A stretch of DNA of 32,289 nucleotides from Saprolegnia diclina VS20 (lineage: Eukaryota). Location of the stretch: assembly GCF_000281045.1 (NCBI RefSeq), contig NW_008246193.1:52266-84554 (forward strand). Reading direction: 5' to 3'. Of this stretch, positions 1 to 11,666 are shown piece by piece (position 1 is the first letter of the stretch; each line of letters starts with the position of its first letter). The notes under the pieces are model-generated. The model was not told where the DNA came from. It worked only from the letters and a program-made list of their open reading frames with translations, and did no database searches. Both the position numbers and the translations under genes were made by a program.

Positions 1-387
1 TATCCCTCATCTCGTTCATCTGATTTGCATAAGCAGCGTTGGACCCTACCGGTGGCCACGGCCACTCGAACGTTCGTGTCACGCATGCAGTACACTTGTA
101 GCAACCGGTCTGCGATTTCATCGACGCTGTGCCGACGACCGCGCCATCTACCCCCGGCACGAGAGAGCTGCAGCACCGTGGCTCGCGCTGTCCATGCTCT
201 TGACCCCGCCGCCGACGCGTCACGAGCGCCGGCAAGGGCTTGCTCCGGCAGGTTCGAATTTAGGGCTTCGATATTTTGGTTTCACGTCGGTTAAAGTATG
301 TTTAAACACGTTTTTGGTGCGACTTCAACAAGTGGCGGCCTTTCTGGCGGCAACCGTGCCACTACGCGTGTCAAAATCGGAACAGCA

Positions 388-2100
388 ATGGCTTCGCGAG
401 AGGACGCGCCGCTGCTGACCAAGTACGCGCAGAGCGACGTCGCGCGCGATGAGTTCCGTCACGTGCTGCTGCTCTCGGGCCCACTTGTGCTCACGGCCAT
501 CTGCGAGTATGTCGCCAACAGCGTCAACGCCATGTACACGGGCCACCTCACGTCCGAGAGCGATACCGTCCAGCTGCTCCTCGCCTCAAACGGGCTAGCA
601 TATCTCTTCTACGTGCTTTTGCTCTACAGCTTCGCGATCGGCGTCTGCACCGCGCTCGACGCGATGTGTGCCCAAGCGTACGGCCGCCACGCAGTCAGCG
701 ACATCCTCGTCTTGCTGCAGACTGCCGTCCTCTGCAGCGCGGTCCTCTGCATCCCCATGGCGCTCCTCTGCCTCTTTGCGGAACCCATCTTTCTTCTGCT
801 TGGCCAACCGGCCGAGACTGCGGCCGTCACCGCCGACCTCCTCTACTACATGATGTTTGGCGTCCCGTTTGTCTTTGGCTACGAAATCAACAAGCGCATC
901 CTCCAGAGCCAGAACGTCGTGTACCCTGCGGTACTTGCCGGCATCGCTGGCAACATTGTCAACGCGGTCGCTGCATATGGCCTCATGTTCCACACGTCCT
1001 TGGTCTTGCTACCAATCGAGTTTGGCCAAGCTCACCGTATCACTGGGGTTAGGGCTACAAGGGCAGCGCGGTCGCCTTCTCGCTCGCGTCCGCGACGTAC
1101 TGCGGCGTGACGTCCTACTTTGTATGTAGTCCAAAGCAATGTCGGGTCGTGCTCATACCAACGGTAGGTGTACCAACAAGATCACTTGGCGTGGCGCGGC
1201 TGGCAGCTCTCGGAGGCCCTGGCGCAGCTGCCTCCGTTCCTCTCGTTGAGGTCGCCCTTCTCTTCGTATTGAGGTGGTCCATGCCTCATCAAATGCGTAG
1301 CTTGTTTGGCTGGATCATGTTTGTCTCGGAGTTTGCTGGCGTCGCGCTCACCTCGGTGCTCGCGGGTGCGTCGACTCGCAGCAAATGCTCGCGCTGGACC
1401 ACTGTCCTGTAGGATGGCTGCCCCACTCGAACCTCGCGATCGGCTCCAACAACATTTTCCTCGGCTTTCGCCAAGTGTTTTTCATGGTGTACATGGGTCT
1501 CGGTGTGGCGAGGTACGATGTACACTATTGTCCACTATTTTATGGACGAAATCTACACTATACTCAATCACGCCTGTAGCACCGTGCGGGTGGGCAATGC
1601 GTTGGGAGCCAATGACCCGCACCGCGCCCAAGTCGCTGCGTTTCAGACCGTCGGCTTGTCGGCGTCCTGGGCGCTTTTGACCTCGGTCGTCATGGCCAGC
1701 GTCCGGTTCGTCTACCCACAGGCCTACACGAGTGACGCCGACACGCTTGCGTATGTTGAATATTGTCATCTTTTAGTCATGAGAAACTAGGCTTGCGGCG
1801 CACCTCATGCTCGTGAATGCACCGTTCCAGGTCGTCTTTGGCATTTGGATGGTCCTCCTCGGCGTCTTTCGTGGCAGCGCCAAGCCGCACACGGGCGCCA
1901 TTCTCAACTGCCTCTTCATCCTCCTGCTCGGTGTGCCCCTCGGGTGGTACCTTGCGAGCACTCGGAATTTTGGTATCGAGGGCCTCTGGCTCGGTGCGTC
2001 GGTTGGCTACATCGTCTGCGCGGCGTACGGCATCTACTGGCTCTTCACCGTCAACTGGAAGCAAATGGCCCTCGAGGCACAAGCGACGCACGAAGCCTAG
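388..2100 (+). CDS. MATE (multidrug and toxic compound extrusion) family transporter, 7 exons
   Basis: ATG at 388 (MASREDAPLL). MATE motifs include GVCTALDAMCAQAYG, RILQSQN, STVRVGNALGA and GIEGLWLG. Six short GT-AG introns (first 1003-1052) splice to a continuous frame ending at TAG 2100. Confidence 0.92.
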
Positions 2101-2293
2101 TTCATTTGTGTCGATAGACTATACCACGGATAAATCATTTTTCTTTGGCATACTCTTGCAGTAGAGCTGGATACGGCACCTAACGACGATGTGACACCAT
2201 CCAGCAAAGCTGAACCAGCCAACACCGCTCGTCGGCCGTTGGACGACTTGTGCATCGACAACTGGCGTTGACAACTGTCATTTCAATAACTCC

Positions 2294-3133
2294 ATGGCGT
2301 CGAGCAGGGCGGTCGGACCGACGCCTCCGAGCCGAGGGACCACCCTCCTCGCGGCTGCCGGTCGCCCACCCACGCTTTCCAAGTCGGCACTCTGTCGAAG
2401 CCGTCTTCGGTCTCTGCTACCTTCTCACGTCGCTCGCCTGCAGCGTCTATCATACGTCTTGCTGCTGTACCCCAAGTCAACGACCGGTGGTGGGCCGGCT
2501 TCCACGGGACGGGCCACGAGGCTTTTCTCATCGACCTCCTCAACACCGTCCTCGCCACAACAACGACGACGACCGCCTTTACACTGCTTCCGACGTACGC
2601 CCGCTGCGCCGTCTTGACCGACGCCGTACCCAGCTCCGCACGCCCAGCGCGTCGTGGTCGATGCGTATGAACGTTCACCAGTGCTACGTCGACTTTGCCG
2701 CGACGTTTGAAGTCGCCCATACGCTGTCACGACAAGCACGCTGCAAGCAAATGTACGCAGCGAATGCGGCGGTCTACGTGGAGGTCACCTTGCGCTTAGC
2801 GCGTCCTTGGCTAGTGTGCGCATGAGCACGTCACTTCCAGAGAAGATCCGCTACTGGGAGCGCCATTTTCAGTTGCAGTGGCAACCCGGCACCTCGGAAA
2901 TCATGTTGGTTCAAAACGCGCTTGGCATGCAGCAGCTCGTGACGGTCAAGAACCTGGCGCAAAAGAGCGGTCCGTGGACATCGCTCGACTTGCGTTGGAT
3001 GCCGCTCAACGACCTCGCGAACGGCCACGAGCTGAACCGACGTATGTCGTCAGTGAGATGCTTCTCACTGCAACACAAGGGGGCCCGCGATGGCTGGACG
3101 CGGCTGCTCGTAGCTCGTGCTGTTGTGCATTGA
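2294..3133 (+). pseudogene. Decayed fragment of a large oomycete-type transmembrane protein gene
   Basis: Protein-like blocks lie in different frames with no usable introns: EAVFGLCYLLTSLACSVY, NDRWWAGFHGTGHEAFLIDLLN, CYVDFAATFEVAHTLSRQARC, YWERHFQLQWQPG, NALGMQQLVTVKN, PLNDL. They resemble the N-terminus of a large Saprolegniales membrane-protein family (recalled, not searched). Confidence 0.6.
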
Positions 3134-3299
3134 AGTTAATGCAAGGTTGTGCCAACAGCTTGGACATTAAGGGCTGGCGCATCTTTGTAGATAGATGAAT
3201 CGTTTGATTGGATAGTTCATTGAATATATAGCACGAATCCAATCGCAAATAATAGTGGATAGCCCAATGCAAGAGAGTATCTACTTATGATTTAGTCGA

Positions 3300-4346
3300 T
3301 CAGGTACTGCTACTCGGTGGCAGCGGCTTGGTGGGGTAGACGAGCACAATGTTGTCACCGCGGACGAGCAGCTGCCGTAGAAAGCGCTTTTGGACGCCGT
3401 CTGTTCGGTGCCATTGGGCCATGCTCGGTGGTGACGTCGTATGCTCCGGGGCACGAGGCACGTACCGCTCGGTCACGTCGATCAGGACGACGTTCATGTG
3501 CTTGTCAAAGCCTTTGAGGAACCCGGTGCACGTGCCCCGGATGCTATTGACTCGGCGAATGACGACACACACCTTGGCTTTGGCCTTCAAGCACGCGCGA
3601 AGTACGCTCAGCGGACCCGCTTCAAACTGATCTGCACGCGGTTTAACCCTGATCCCCACGAATGAACTGTACCTCCAATGGTCTCGAGCAGGGCCGGGCG
3701 CGCCGGGGCCACTAGGAAGACTCTCTGTCATCGCGCGTCACGACAAGAGTGCCGTACCTTTGGCGACAGCAGGCGTCGCTGGTTTGGGCTTGGTTTGGCC
3801 CACGCTAGCATTGTGGTGCGGGTCCGTCGGCGGTAGCTACTGGTCATTTGAGTCTCGTAGCAGATAGAATCGCGAGTCGTACCAGCGCCCGGCACTTGTT
3901 GAGATTGTCGAGCGGGTGCACGGGCTGCGTGTGCGGTAGACGCTCGTGCTCGCGCAGCGCAACTGCAGCGTCAAATGCGGCCGAGCGGTGGTCGCCGGGC
4001 GTTGACGGAGGTGCGACAAAGAGCTGGTAGCCGGGCACGTAGGCGTACTGGGGCTCGGGCACCGAGATGGCCTAAAGGAACGGATGCAGGTAGCATAAAG
4101 CTGGTCGAGGTGCGTACGAGGCTCTGCAGGTCGGGCTGGCGGCCGTACTTTTTCAAGAGCTTGGCGCAGAGCACATCTTCGCGGCCTGCAAAGACGCGTA
4201 GGATCTCGGGACTAGCAGAGCTCTAGCCTCCTCCTCAAGTACATTACATCCAGCGCTTACATGTTCTTGAGGTTTTCGGGGTTGTACTGCTCGTAGAAGG
4301 CCGTGATCCGCGCGGCCTTGGCCTGCGCCATGGCCTCGTCGGCCAT
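3300..4346 (-). CDS. LSM11: Sm/LSm-fold protein, Lsm11-like, 6 exons
   Basis: ATG at 4346 (MADEAMAQAK). Five short GT-AG introns splice in frame. Sm1 is GPLSVLRACLKAKAKVCVVIRRVNSIRGTCTGFLKGFDKHMNVVLIDVTERY and Sm2 is RFLRQLLVRGDNIVLV, with a long spacer between them. An upstream FDAAVAL...PLDNL block resembles the Lsm11 N-terminal motif. Confidence 0.7.
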
Positions 4347-4453
4347 CCCTTGGTTCTCGCGCTGCACGCTGCGATGCCATTGGGTATCATTTTATCCAAT
4401 GAAATGCCGCCCGTCGTACAAGTATACAACAACATCAATTATTCGCTGGCACG

Positions 4454-6901
4454 CTAGCACGAGAGGAAGTGGGCGGTGATGGCGTCGTGGTGGCGGAGCA
4501 GGATCGGGTCGACGCCACTGCGTACGTTTTCGTAGAGGGTCGAGGCGTACGCAGGTGCGCGCAGCTGCCAGTCGGTGGCAAAGGCCGGCGGGAACGACAG
4601 CATCGTCGCCTTTCGGCACTGGACCATGGCAACAACAAATACCTTTTGAATCTCAACGTCAATGACGGCTGGCGCGAGTCCCTGAAGCAGCCCAAGCGCG
4701 TACAGCTGCTCTTGGTAGTCGGCCACAAGACCATTGGCGACTTGCAGCGTCGGCATGATCGGGTCACTGCGGGCCGTCGCGTTGGCGAACCGGGCCGCGA
4801 CAACATCCCGGTTGGCTTTCGACGGCATGTTGGTCTTCTCGCACTTGTGGTAGAGCGTCCCGAGCGGGCCCGAGAGGTCGTACGTATAGCCGAGTCGGGT
4901 CGTATCGACGAGCTGCACAAACTCGGCGGGCACGCTACCAAACCACGTCGTAGCGTTGGCGTCCGTCGGTCGCTGAATGTCGACGGCGTCGCGGCGCAGG
5001 TAGGCGAGGTACGCCGAGTTGCCATCGAGCGGCTCGACGACGCACTTGTAATGGACCGTGAATAGCGCATCGATCGTTGCGAAATGCGACCAGACGAGCG
5101 GATCGACCACCGTGAGCGTCTGGTTGGCGATGGCCCCGCCCAGCCATGCGTGGACGGCTGGTACGAGCGCCGTCTCAAGCGCCAGCGTCATGTTCTCCGT
5201 GCTGCGCCGAAAGAGAAAGTGTTTTAGTAGCGGTGGCGACACCTCGGCAATGTAATTGGACGTGCGCCAGTCGACCCGGGGGACGCAGCACGCGTCACCG
5301 TCACAGAGGTGGTTGAGCGGAAAGCCGTCGACGCAGCGGAGGTCCGGGCGGTCGATGCCAAAGACGTTGCGACCGAACACCCCGTCGCGGACACCGCCAA
5401 GCGCCCGCGTGATCTCGGCGCAGTCGTCAACGCTCCGACACTGCGCGGCTACCCACGCGTTGGCTTCGGTCGCATAATCCCAATACGGGACGGTCACGCA
5501 AGCGAAAGCGGGCTTGAGACTCCGGAGCATGGTTTCAAAAGCCAATAAGAGGTGCCGGCGCCATAGCAACGACGTCGACGACCCGAATGCAGCCTTGTGG
5601 TGACGCGCAAAGGTCGTGACAAATGACGCGTAGTGCCCAGCGTCCATGGCCGCCGCGATCGCGTTGACGTACACGAGCCGGGCTTCGTTCGACATGGCTT
5701 GCCACGAGATGCGGACGCGCGGTGACGTGCATGATGGTGGCGACATCGCCGGCGTCGGCGCAGTTGTGTTGGGTGTCGGCATCGGCGTCATTGTCAACGG
5801 TGTCGTTGTAAGCGGTGCCGTTGTGGTCGGTGGCGTTGTAGGCGGTGTCATCGTTGTTGTCGGGACTGGTGACGTTGTTGCTGGTGGCGACGGTGTTGTC
5901 GTCGGTGTCGGCGGTGCTGTCGTCGGTGTCGGCGGTGCTGTCGTCGGTGTCGGCGGTGCTGTTGTTGGTGCCGTCGTCGGTGCAGGCGTTTGAGACGTGG
6001 GAGCGCCGGTGGCCGGTGTCGTCGTCGGAGCCGTCGGTGGTCGGCTCGTCTTTGGTGGAAAGGTCGGGAAGGTCGGGATCGGCGTCGTCGTCTTGGGCGG
6101 AAAGGTCGGGAACGTCGGGATCGGTGTCGTCGTTTTGGGTGGGAGTGTGGGGAACGTCGGGATCGGCGTGTCACTGACCGACTCGTTCACGATGGTGGAC
6201 GAGGTATTGAGAAAGCCGACGAGGAAGCCTGGCGACGCGCGTTCGGCGCCTGTCCCGTTGCGGAACGAGCACGTGTCGTTCGCAAAGACCCAGTGGCTGC
6301 ATCCGGCCATCGCGAGGCAGTCGGCACAGCACTCGGTCGCCAGTCGCGGCTGTGCGAAGCCAATCTGAAGCGTATCATAGTCGACGTCGTCGACGATCGT
6401 GGGGCACGCGGATGACGTCGGCTCTGCCAGAAGACGCGAGGCGATGGCGCCACGAGCGACGACCTGCCGACCGCGTTGGCTCTTGAGGACACACGTCGAC
6501 GTGTTGGCATGCCACACGTACAGCGCGCAGCCAGCAGTCGCGTCGCAGTCGCTGCAGCACTCTGCCGACGTCGCCCGCGTCGTGTTGGCCACGTCATACC
6601 CAACGTAGTCGATGTCGACGACTGGCACCGTGCAGAACGGTGCGTACATGCTGCCCGCCATGGCGCCAGCGGTGTGGCTCACGTTGCCACGCGTGTGCTT
6701 GAGGTGGCAGACGTCACCCAGCCAGACGTAGTGGCGGCAGTTGGGCGTGGCAACGCAGTCCGCCCAGCATTCGGCCGCGGTGGCTTGCACGGTCGTTGCG
6801 ACGTCGGCTCCGTCAAAGGCCGTGTCAGGACGCTGGAAAGGGCAGGTGCTGTTGAGCGCCATGGCCGAGGCTGCGAGCAGCAGCAGTAGCCGAGAGGCCA
6901 T
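4454..6901 (-). CDS. Secreted protein: signal peptide, 3 PAN/Apple domains, Pro/Thr-rich linker, tyrosinase-like domain
   Basis: Intronless 815-aa ORF with a hydrophobic N-terminus. It has three C..D.D..G.D....C(C/W).DC....C..(Y/W)V(W/F)...C repeats and a PT-rich stalk. The last domain carries PRVRISW, AFETMLRSL, CVTVPYWDY and DPLVWSHFATID, typical of oomycete tyrosinases. Confidence 0.88.
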   Translation of the reverse strand: MASRLLLLLAASAMALNSTCPFQRPDTAFDGADVATTVQATAAECWADCVATPNCRHYVWLGDVCHLKHTRGNVSHTAGAMAGSMYAPFCTVPVVDIDYVGYDVANTTRATSAECCSDCDATAGCALYVWHANTSTCVLKSQRGRQVVARGAIASRLLAEPTSSACPTIVDDVDYDTLQIGFAQPRLATECCADCLAMAGCSHWVFANDTCSFRNGTGAERASPGFLVGFLNTSSTIVNESVSDTPIPTFPTLPPKTTTPIPTFPTFPPKTTTPIPTFPTFPPKTSRPPTAPTTTPATGAPTSQTPAPTTAPTTAPPTPTTAPPTPTTAPPTPTTTPSPPATTSPVPTTTMTPPTTPPTTTAPLTTTPLTMTPMPTPNTTAPTPAMSPPSCTSPRVRISWQAMSNEARLVYVNAIAAAMDAGHYASFVTTFARHHKAAFGSSTSLLWRRHLLLAFETMLRSLKPAFACVTVPYWDYATEANAWVAAQCRSVDDCAEITRALGGVRDGVFGRNVFGIDRPDLRCVDGFPLNHLCDGDACCVPRVDWRTSNYIAEVSPPLLKHFLFRRSTENMTLALETALVPAVHAWLGGAIANQTLTVVDPLVWSHFATIDALFTVHYKCVVEPLDGNSAYLAYLRRDAVDIQRPTDANATTWFGSVPAEFVQLVDTTRLGYTYDLSGPLGTLYHKCEKTNMPSKANRDVVAARFANATARSDPIMPTLQVANGLVADYQEQLYALGLLQGLAPAVIDVEIQKVFVVAMVQCRKATMLSFPPAFATDWQLRAPAYASTLYENVRSGVDPILLRHHDAITAHFLSC
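5898..5960. repeat. Coding tandem repeat, 21 nt x3 (APPTPTT)
   Basis: gtcgtcggtgtcggcggtgct occurs three times exactly. Confidence 0.9.
6048..6169. repeat. Coding tandem repeat, 42 nt x3 (TPIPTFPT[L/F]PPKTT)
   Basis: Three imperfect copies are visible in both the DNA and the translation of the linker. Confidence 0.88.
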
Positions 6902-7776
6902 GAGGATCGTCGTATCGCCGAGGCCGATGAGAATGGTAGAGTGACATGGCCGAGAGGCGACCTACCTTGCGATCCCACCCTGATACCTGCGAAATGGCTC
7001 TTGCTGTGGGTGCTGGCGCCAGTCTAAAATCACACCACTGGACCGGCCATTTTCCATTTGCGCTGGCGACAGAATGCCCCAGGCGACGCAGGCAAGGTAA
7101 ACAGAGGCCACTCTTGTGCACGAGGCATGGCCAGTCAAGCGCGTAGGGAATCGCAGCATGAAGCAGGAATCGCAAGACAGGCGAGTTCGTGCAAGCTGCG
7201 TGATTGCAGCGTCGGCGATCTACGAACTTCGATGTACTGCCATGGGATTGGCTGGATTAATCTCGCGACCAATCATTTGAATATTGTATGCACGATGCGC
7301 ACGTCTACGGCCTGTGGACTTCGACGCGGTTTGCTTCGATGGTAATCAGATCTCAGTCTGTCGTCGCTAGCAGGTTGCCGTTCATCAGCGTCGTCGTCTG
7401 GTCAGGATCTAGGAATGAATCTGGTGCCGATCTAGTATCCAATGCTCGATTGGCCTTCGCACTCAGCCACTACGGGCGGCAGCGAGAGGCGAGCACGCTT
7501 CGGCATCCCCGGTTGCTTCTGGCGAACTCATCCTAATCCAGTTCGATCTGCCACGCACGCGCACTGACGTAGGCGACAGAGGCGCGGGCTGCACGTGCAC
7601 TGGACACTCGACGAGCGTGGTGACGCTGCTCTGGCTACGTCCGGCGGCCATTGCGACCAGCGATTGCGGCTCATCCACCCGATAGTCAGGGCGAGTTGAG
7701 TGAAGATCTTACACCAAGCACACAGTGGACACGTATTGTTTTCGTGCAGCAACATGAAGGGTTTTTACGTCGAGTC

Positions 7777-8718
<942 letters not shown>

Positions 8719-9718
8719 TGCAGCCAATCGTAGGCACGCAGATCTCGATTTATAGCCAATCAACGAATCCAATTTTTCGCATACAACAACCAAGTCTATT
8801 TTACAATCGAGCAGCATCCCACCTGACTATCGACCGACTAAGAGTCGACTATAGTATAGCAACTTTCGACTAAATACAGCACTGTGCGAGCAAATGTACA
8901 CGTACAGATGAACCTACGTTTCCGACGAATACCCTCTTGCACCGACGCACCCCAACGCCAGCCCCAACGCAAGTCACAAAGCATCGTCATGTTGAACCGC
9001 AATGGGGCCAGTTAGAGGGGTTTTCTTAGTTAGTCGTCAGCTGGTGGGACACCGCGTGTGCTATAGACGTTGCTCACGCATCCCGTGTTGTCGAGTTGGA
9101 TCGAAGAAAACCGACACTGAGACCGCGGCGACGACGACCCGACACGCCACTTCCTCCGACAACTGGCCTGTCTGGCACCTACTCCCACCGACTAACTACA
9201 AGTACGCAACTTGCTAGCCATGCCTTCGCACTCAGTGTATGCATCGCTGACGGTGAGTCCGCCGCTTGCATTCCGCGACACTTGACTTGCCCTTTCCGGA
9301 CGCCCCCGTAATGCACGCCAATGCATGGGGCTGCAAGCTGGGGCAGCAGGCGGTTTGAACGTAGAGTCGCAGCGCGGCTGCATACGCTGTTGGCCATTTG
9401 CCGAAGCGCGTGACAGCTCTTCGTGTGCTAGTAGGCTAGGCGCCACCGGCTCGAGGTGAGGCCCAGAACACAGCAGCGGCGGAGCTTCTCAGTACACTGT
9501 ACTTGCTACAGTGCGACTGGCGGCGGAGTTCCACGGGTGGAGCGTGCGTCAACCGCTCCCACCATGTGATTGGCTTCCTCGGAAATACAGGCTTTTGATT
9601 GGTCCTTCTAAATTCGTGTCCGCCAATCCAACGATTGCACACGTTTTCCACATGGGTTTCACACAACGGTTCAGCAGAAAGGCCAGCGGCGTGTGCACTG
9701 GCACCCTCGCACTTGCCG

Positions 9719-11086
9719 ATGTACCACGATAGCCTAACGCCACCAGCGGGCGGACGACGCGGGTGCTCGATCCCGTTCATGTTCCTCGTGTGCGCACCCA
9801 TCATGGCGACCAAGATGGCATGGGCGGCGCAGTGGGCGGGCATCGGGCCGCTCCTCGAGAGCCTCCTCTCGAGCTGGCAAGTCCAGCTCATCCAGTTCAT
9901 CGGCCCGGTCACTGGCATTCTCATTGCACCTGCCGTGGGCGCCCACAGCGATCGCAACACGTCGCGGTACGGGCAGAGGCGGCCATACATGTTCTTCGGC
10001 GCGCTCGCGACCATTGTGTGCTGGCTGCTCATGTCGATGATTCCAAGCATCGTGGCGGCCGGCCACCACGCGAGCGAGCACGAGCAGACGCTCGTCGCGG
10101 CCGCCACGATCTTCTGCTACCTCTGGATGGACATTGCCGTCAACGCCGTCCAAGTCGCCTCGTACCTTCTCATTTCGGACGTCGCCGGCGACCGCCAAGT
10201 CATTGCGTCCTCGATTGCGACCATGTACTCGATCCTCGGCCAGCTCTGCGTCTCAGTGTTCATCTGGACCCAAGGCCCCGCGACGGGCTACATCAAGTGG
10301 TTCTTCACGATGCTCGTTGTCTTTATGCTCTGCACGGTCGGGCCCGTCTGCCGCTTTGTGCAAGAGACGCCGCGTGAAAAGTACGAGCTGCCGCCGCCCA
10401 CGCACCACGTCCTCCTCAGCTGTGTCTACGGCGTCAAGACGCTCCCAAAGCAACTCCTCGTCTTCTTCGCCGCCTTTGTCCTCACCGAGTACGGCTTCAT
10501 CTCGTACACGGGCGTCAAAGGTCAATTTTTTGGCCTGCAAGTCTACGATGGCACCAAGGCCGGCGCCGACAAGTGCGGCACCAACTGCACGTCTGCCCAG
10601 CGCCGCTACAACGACGGTGTCGCACTTGCTGGCGGCCTCACCGACAACCTCTTCAACGTCCTCGGCCTGCTCTTTGTCGGCTGCCTTCCGTACCTCGTCA
10701 AGCGCTTTGGCGCACGCAACGTGTTGCTATACACGCTTTTGCCGCAGCTCGGCTTGGTGCTGCTCGCGCTTATTCATGTGGTGTGGGTCGATGTGGTACT
10801 GGTCGTTGCGACGACTTTGACGCAGCAGACCATCTATTCGCTCATCATTCCGCTGGTTGTTTCGGTGCTCGGGACGACTGACGACAAATCGCGCCTGGGT
10901 TTGTACTTTGGCGCGATCAACACGGCCGTGTGTCTTGGTCAGCTGCTCAACTTTGCCGTGACGGCGCTCGTGCTCAGTGACAACGGCACCGATTTCAGCG
11001 TCCCGATCCTTGTCGGCGGCGTCGTCTCGGGCGCCGCCATGGTCGTTATCTACAAGCTTTTCCGCGTGCGACTGCAGTCGTGGTAG
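9719..11086 (+). CDS. MFS glycoside-pentoside-hexuronide:cation symporter (sucrose transporter/SLC45-like)
   Basis: Intronless ORF with about 12 hydrophobic segments. Motifs GPVTGILIAPAVGAHSDRNTSRYGQRRPY and GLYFGAIN...GQL. First in-frame ATG is at 9719. Confidence 0.9.
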   Translation: MYHDSLTPPAGGRRGCSIPFMFLVCAPIMATKMAWAAQWAGIGPLLESLLSSWQVQLIQFIGPVTGILIAPAVGAHSDRNTSRYGQRRPYMFFGALATIVCWLLMSMIPSIVAAGHHASEHEQTLVAAATIFCYLWMDIAVNAVQVASYLLISDVAGDRQVIASSIATMYSILGQLCVSVFIWTQGPATGYIKWFFTMLVVFMLCTVGPVCRFVQETPREKYELPPPTHHVLLSCVYGVKTLPKQLLVFFAAFVLTEYGFISYTGVKGQFFGLQVYDGTKAGADKCGTNCTSAQRRYNDGVALAGGLTDNLFNVLGLLFVGCLPYLVKRFGARNVLLYTLLPQLGLVLLALIHVVWVDVVLVVATTLTQQTIYSLIIPLVVSVLGTTDDKSRLGLYFGAINTAVCLGQLLNFAVTALVLSDNGTDFSVPILVGGVVSGAAMVVIYKLFRVRLQSW

Positions 11087-11666
11087 CTGTCGTCAACTTA
11101 TATTAATATCCGTCGTGTACTTTTATACGCGCTCTGTCAAGACAATATTGGCTGCAATGACCGGTGCGAATCGGACTCAGACGACCGAGATCTGATTCGC
11201 CGGATCAGGTTGATCGCCTTTCCAGCACCGTTCCCCGAACCCACGTCCTACAGTCGTCGCATCGACCCCCGCTTGCCCTTGATAGCGATGACAGCTCTTT
11301 AACGCAGCGCCTTGGGCAGCGTTCGTCGAATCAGAGGCGCTCCACTACTGTATCATGGATAAGATCGTACTAGTACTGCCCTTGGTGCGGAAGGTTGTCG
11401 GCGACTACTTTAGCCTCGAGAGTTCACATGTTGAGAAGGGTGCACGCTCGTGGTCGCTGTACAATCAACGGCAAGCCGCCATCGCGCTGCTGACGTGGCG
11501 AGTAAGGCGTACGGGCCGCAGGTCGCAGTGCTCGATCGCCTGTCCATGCACAAGTGTGGCAGTTGCAATGAGCCAATCAGAGTGGCCGCTGCCACCTCGA
11601 TACAAACACCAAGTGCTTTTCAAAATCTGACTTTGCACTTGATCGGCCGACAGCCCACATCGTGGC

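Noticed and set aside
298..387. Upstream in-frame ATG for the MATE gene
   Set aside because: The extension looks like promoter or UTR; ATG 388 has a better context (gcaATGG) and is followed by genic codon usage.
5740..6170. Tandem repeats as a CRISPR-like or non-coding array
   Set aside because: Unit lengths are multiples of three, there are no unique spacers, and they encode the Pro/Thr linker.
8824..8872. Short palindromes and repeated tcgact/gacta in the Rab/sugar-transporter divergent promoter
   Set aside because: Motifs are 8 nt or shorter and could arise by chance; no function can be supported.
11100..11630. Short ORFs between the sugar transporter and the 11667 gene
   Set aside because: No motif, splice pattern or codon bias supports a gene; more likely UTR and promoter (CCAAT at 11573).
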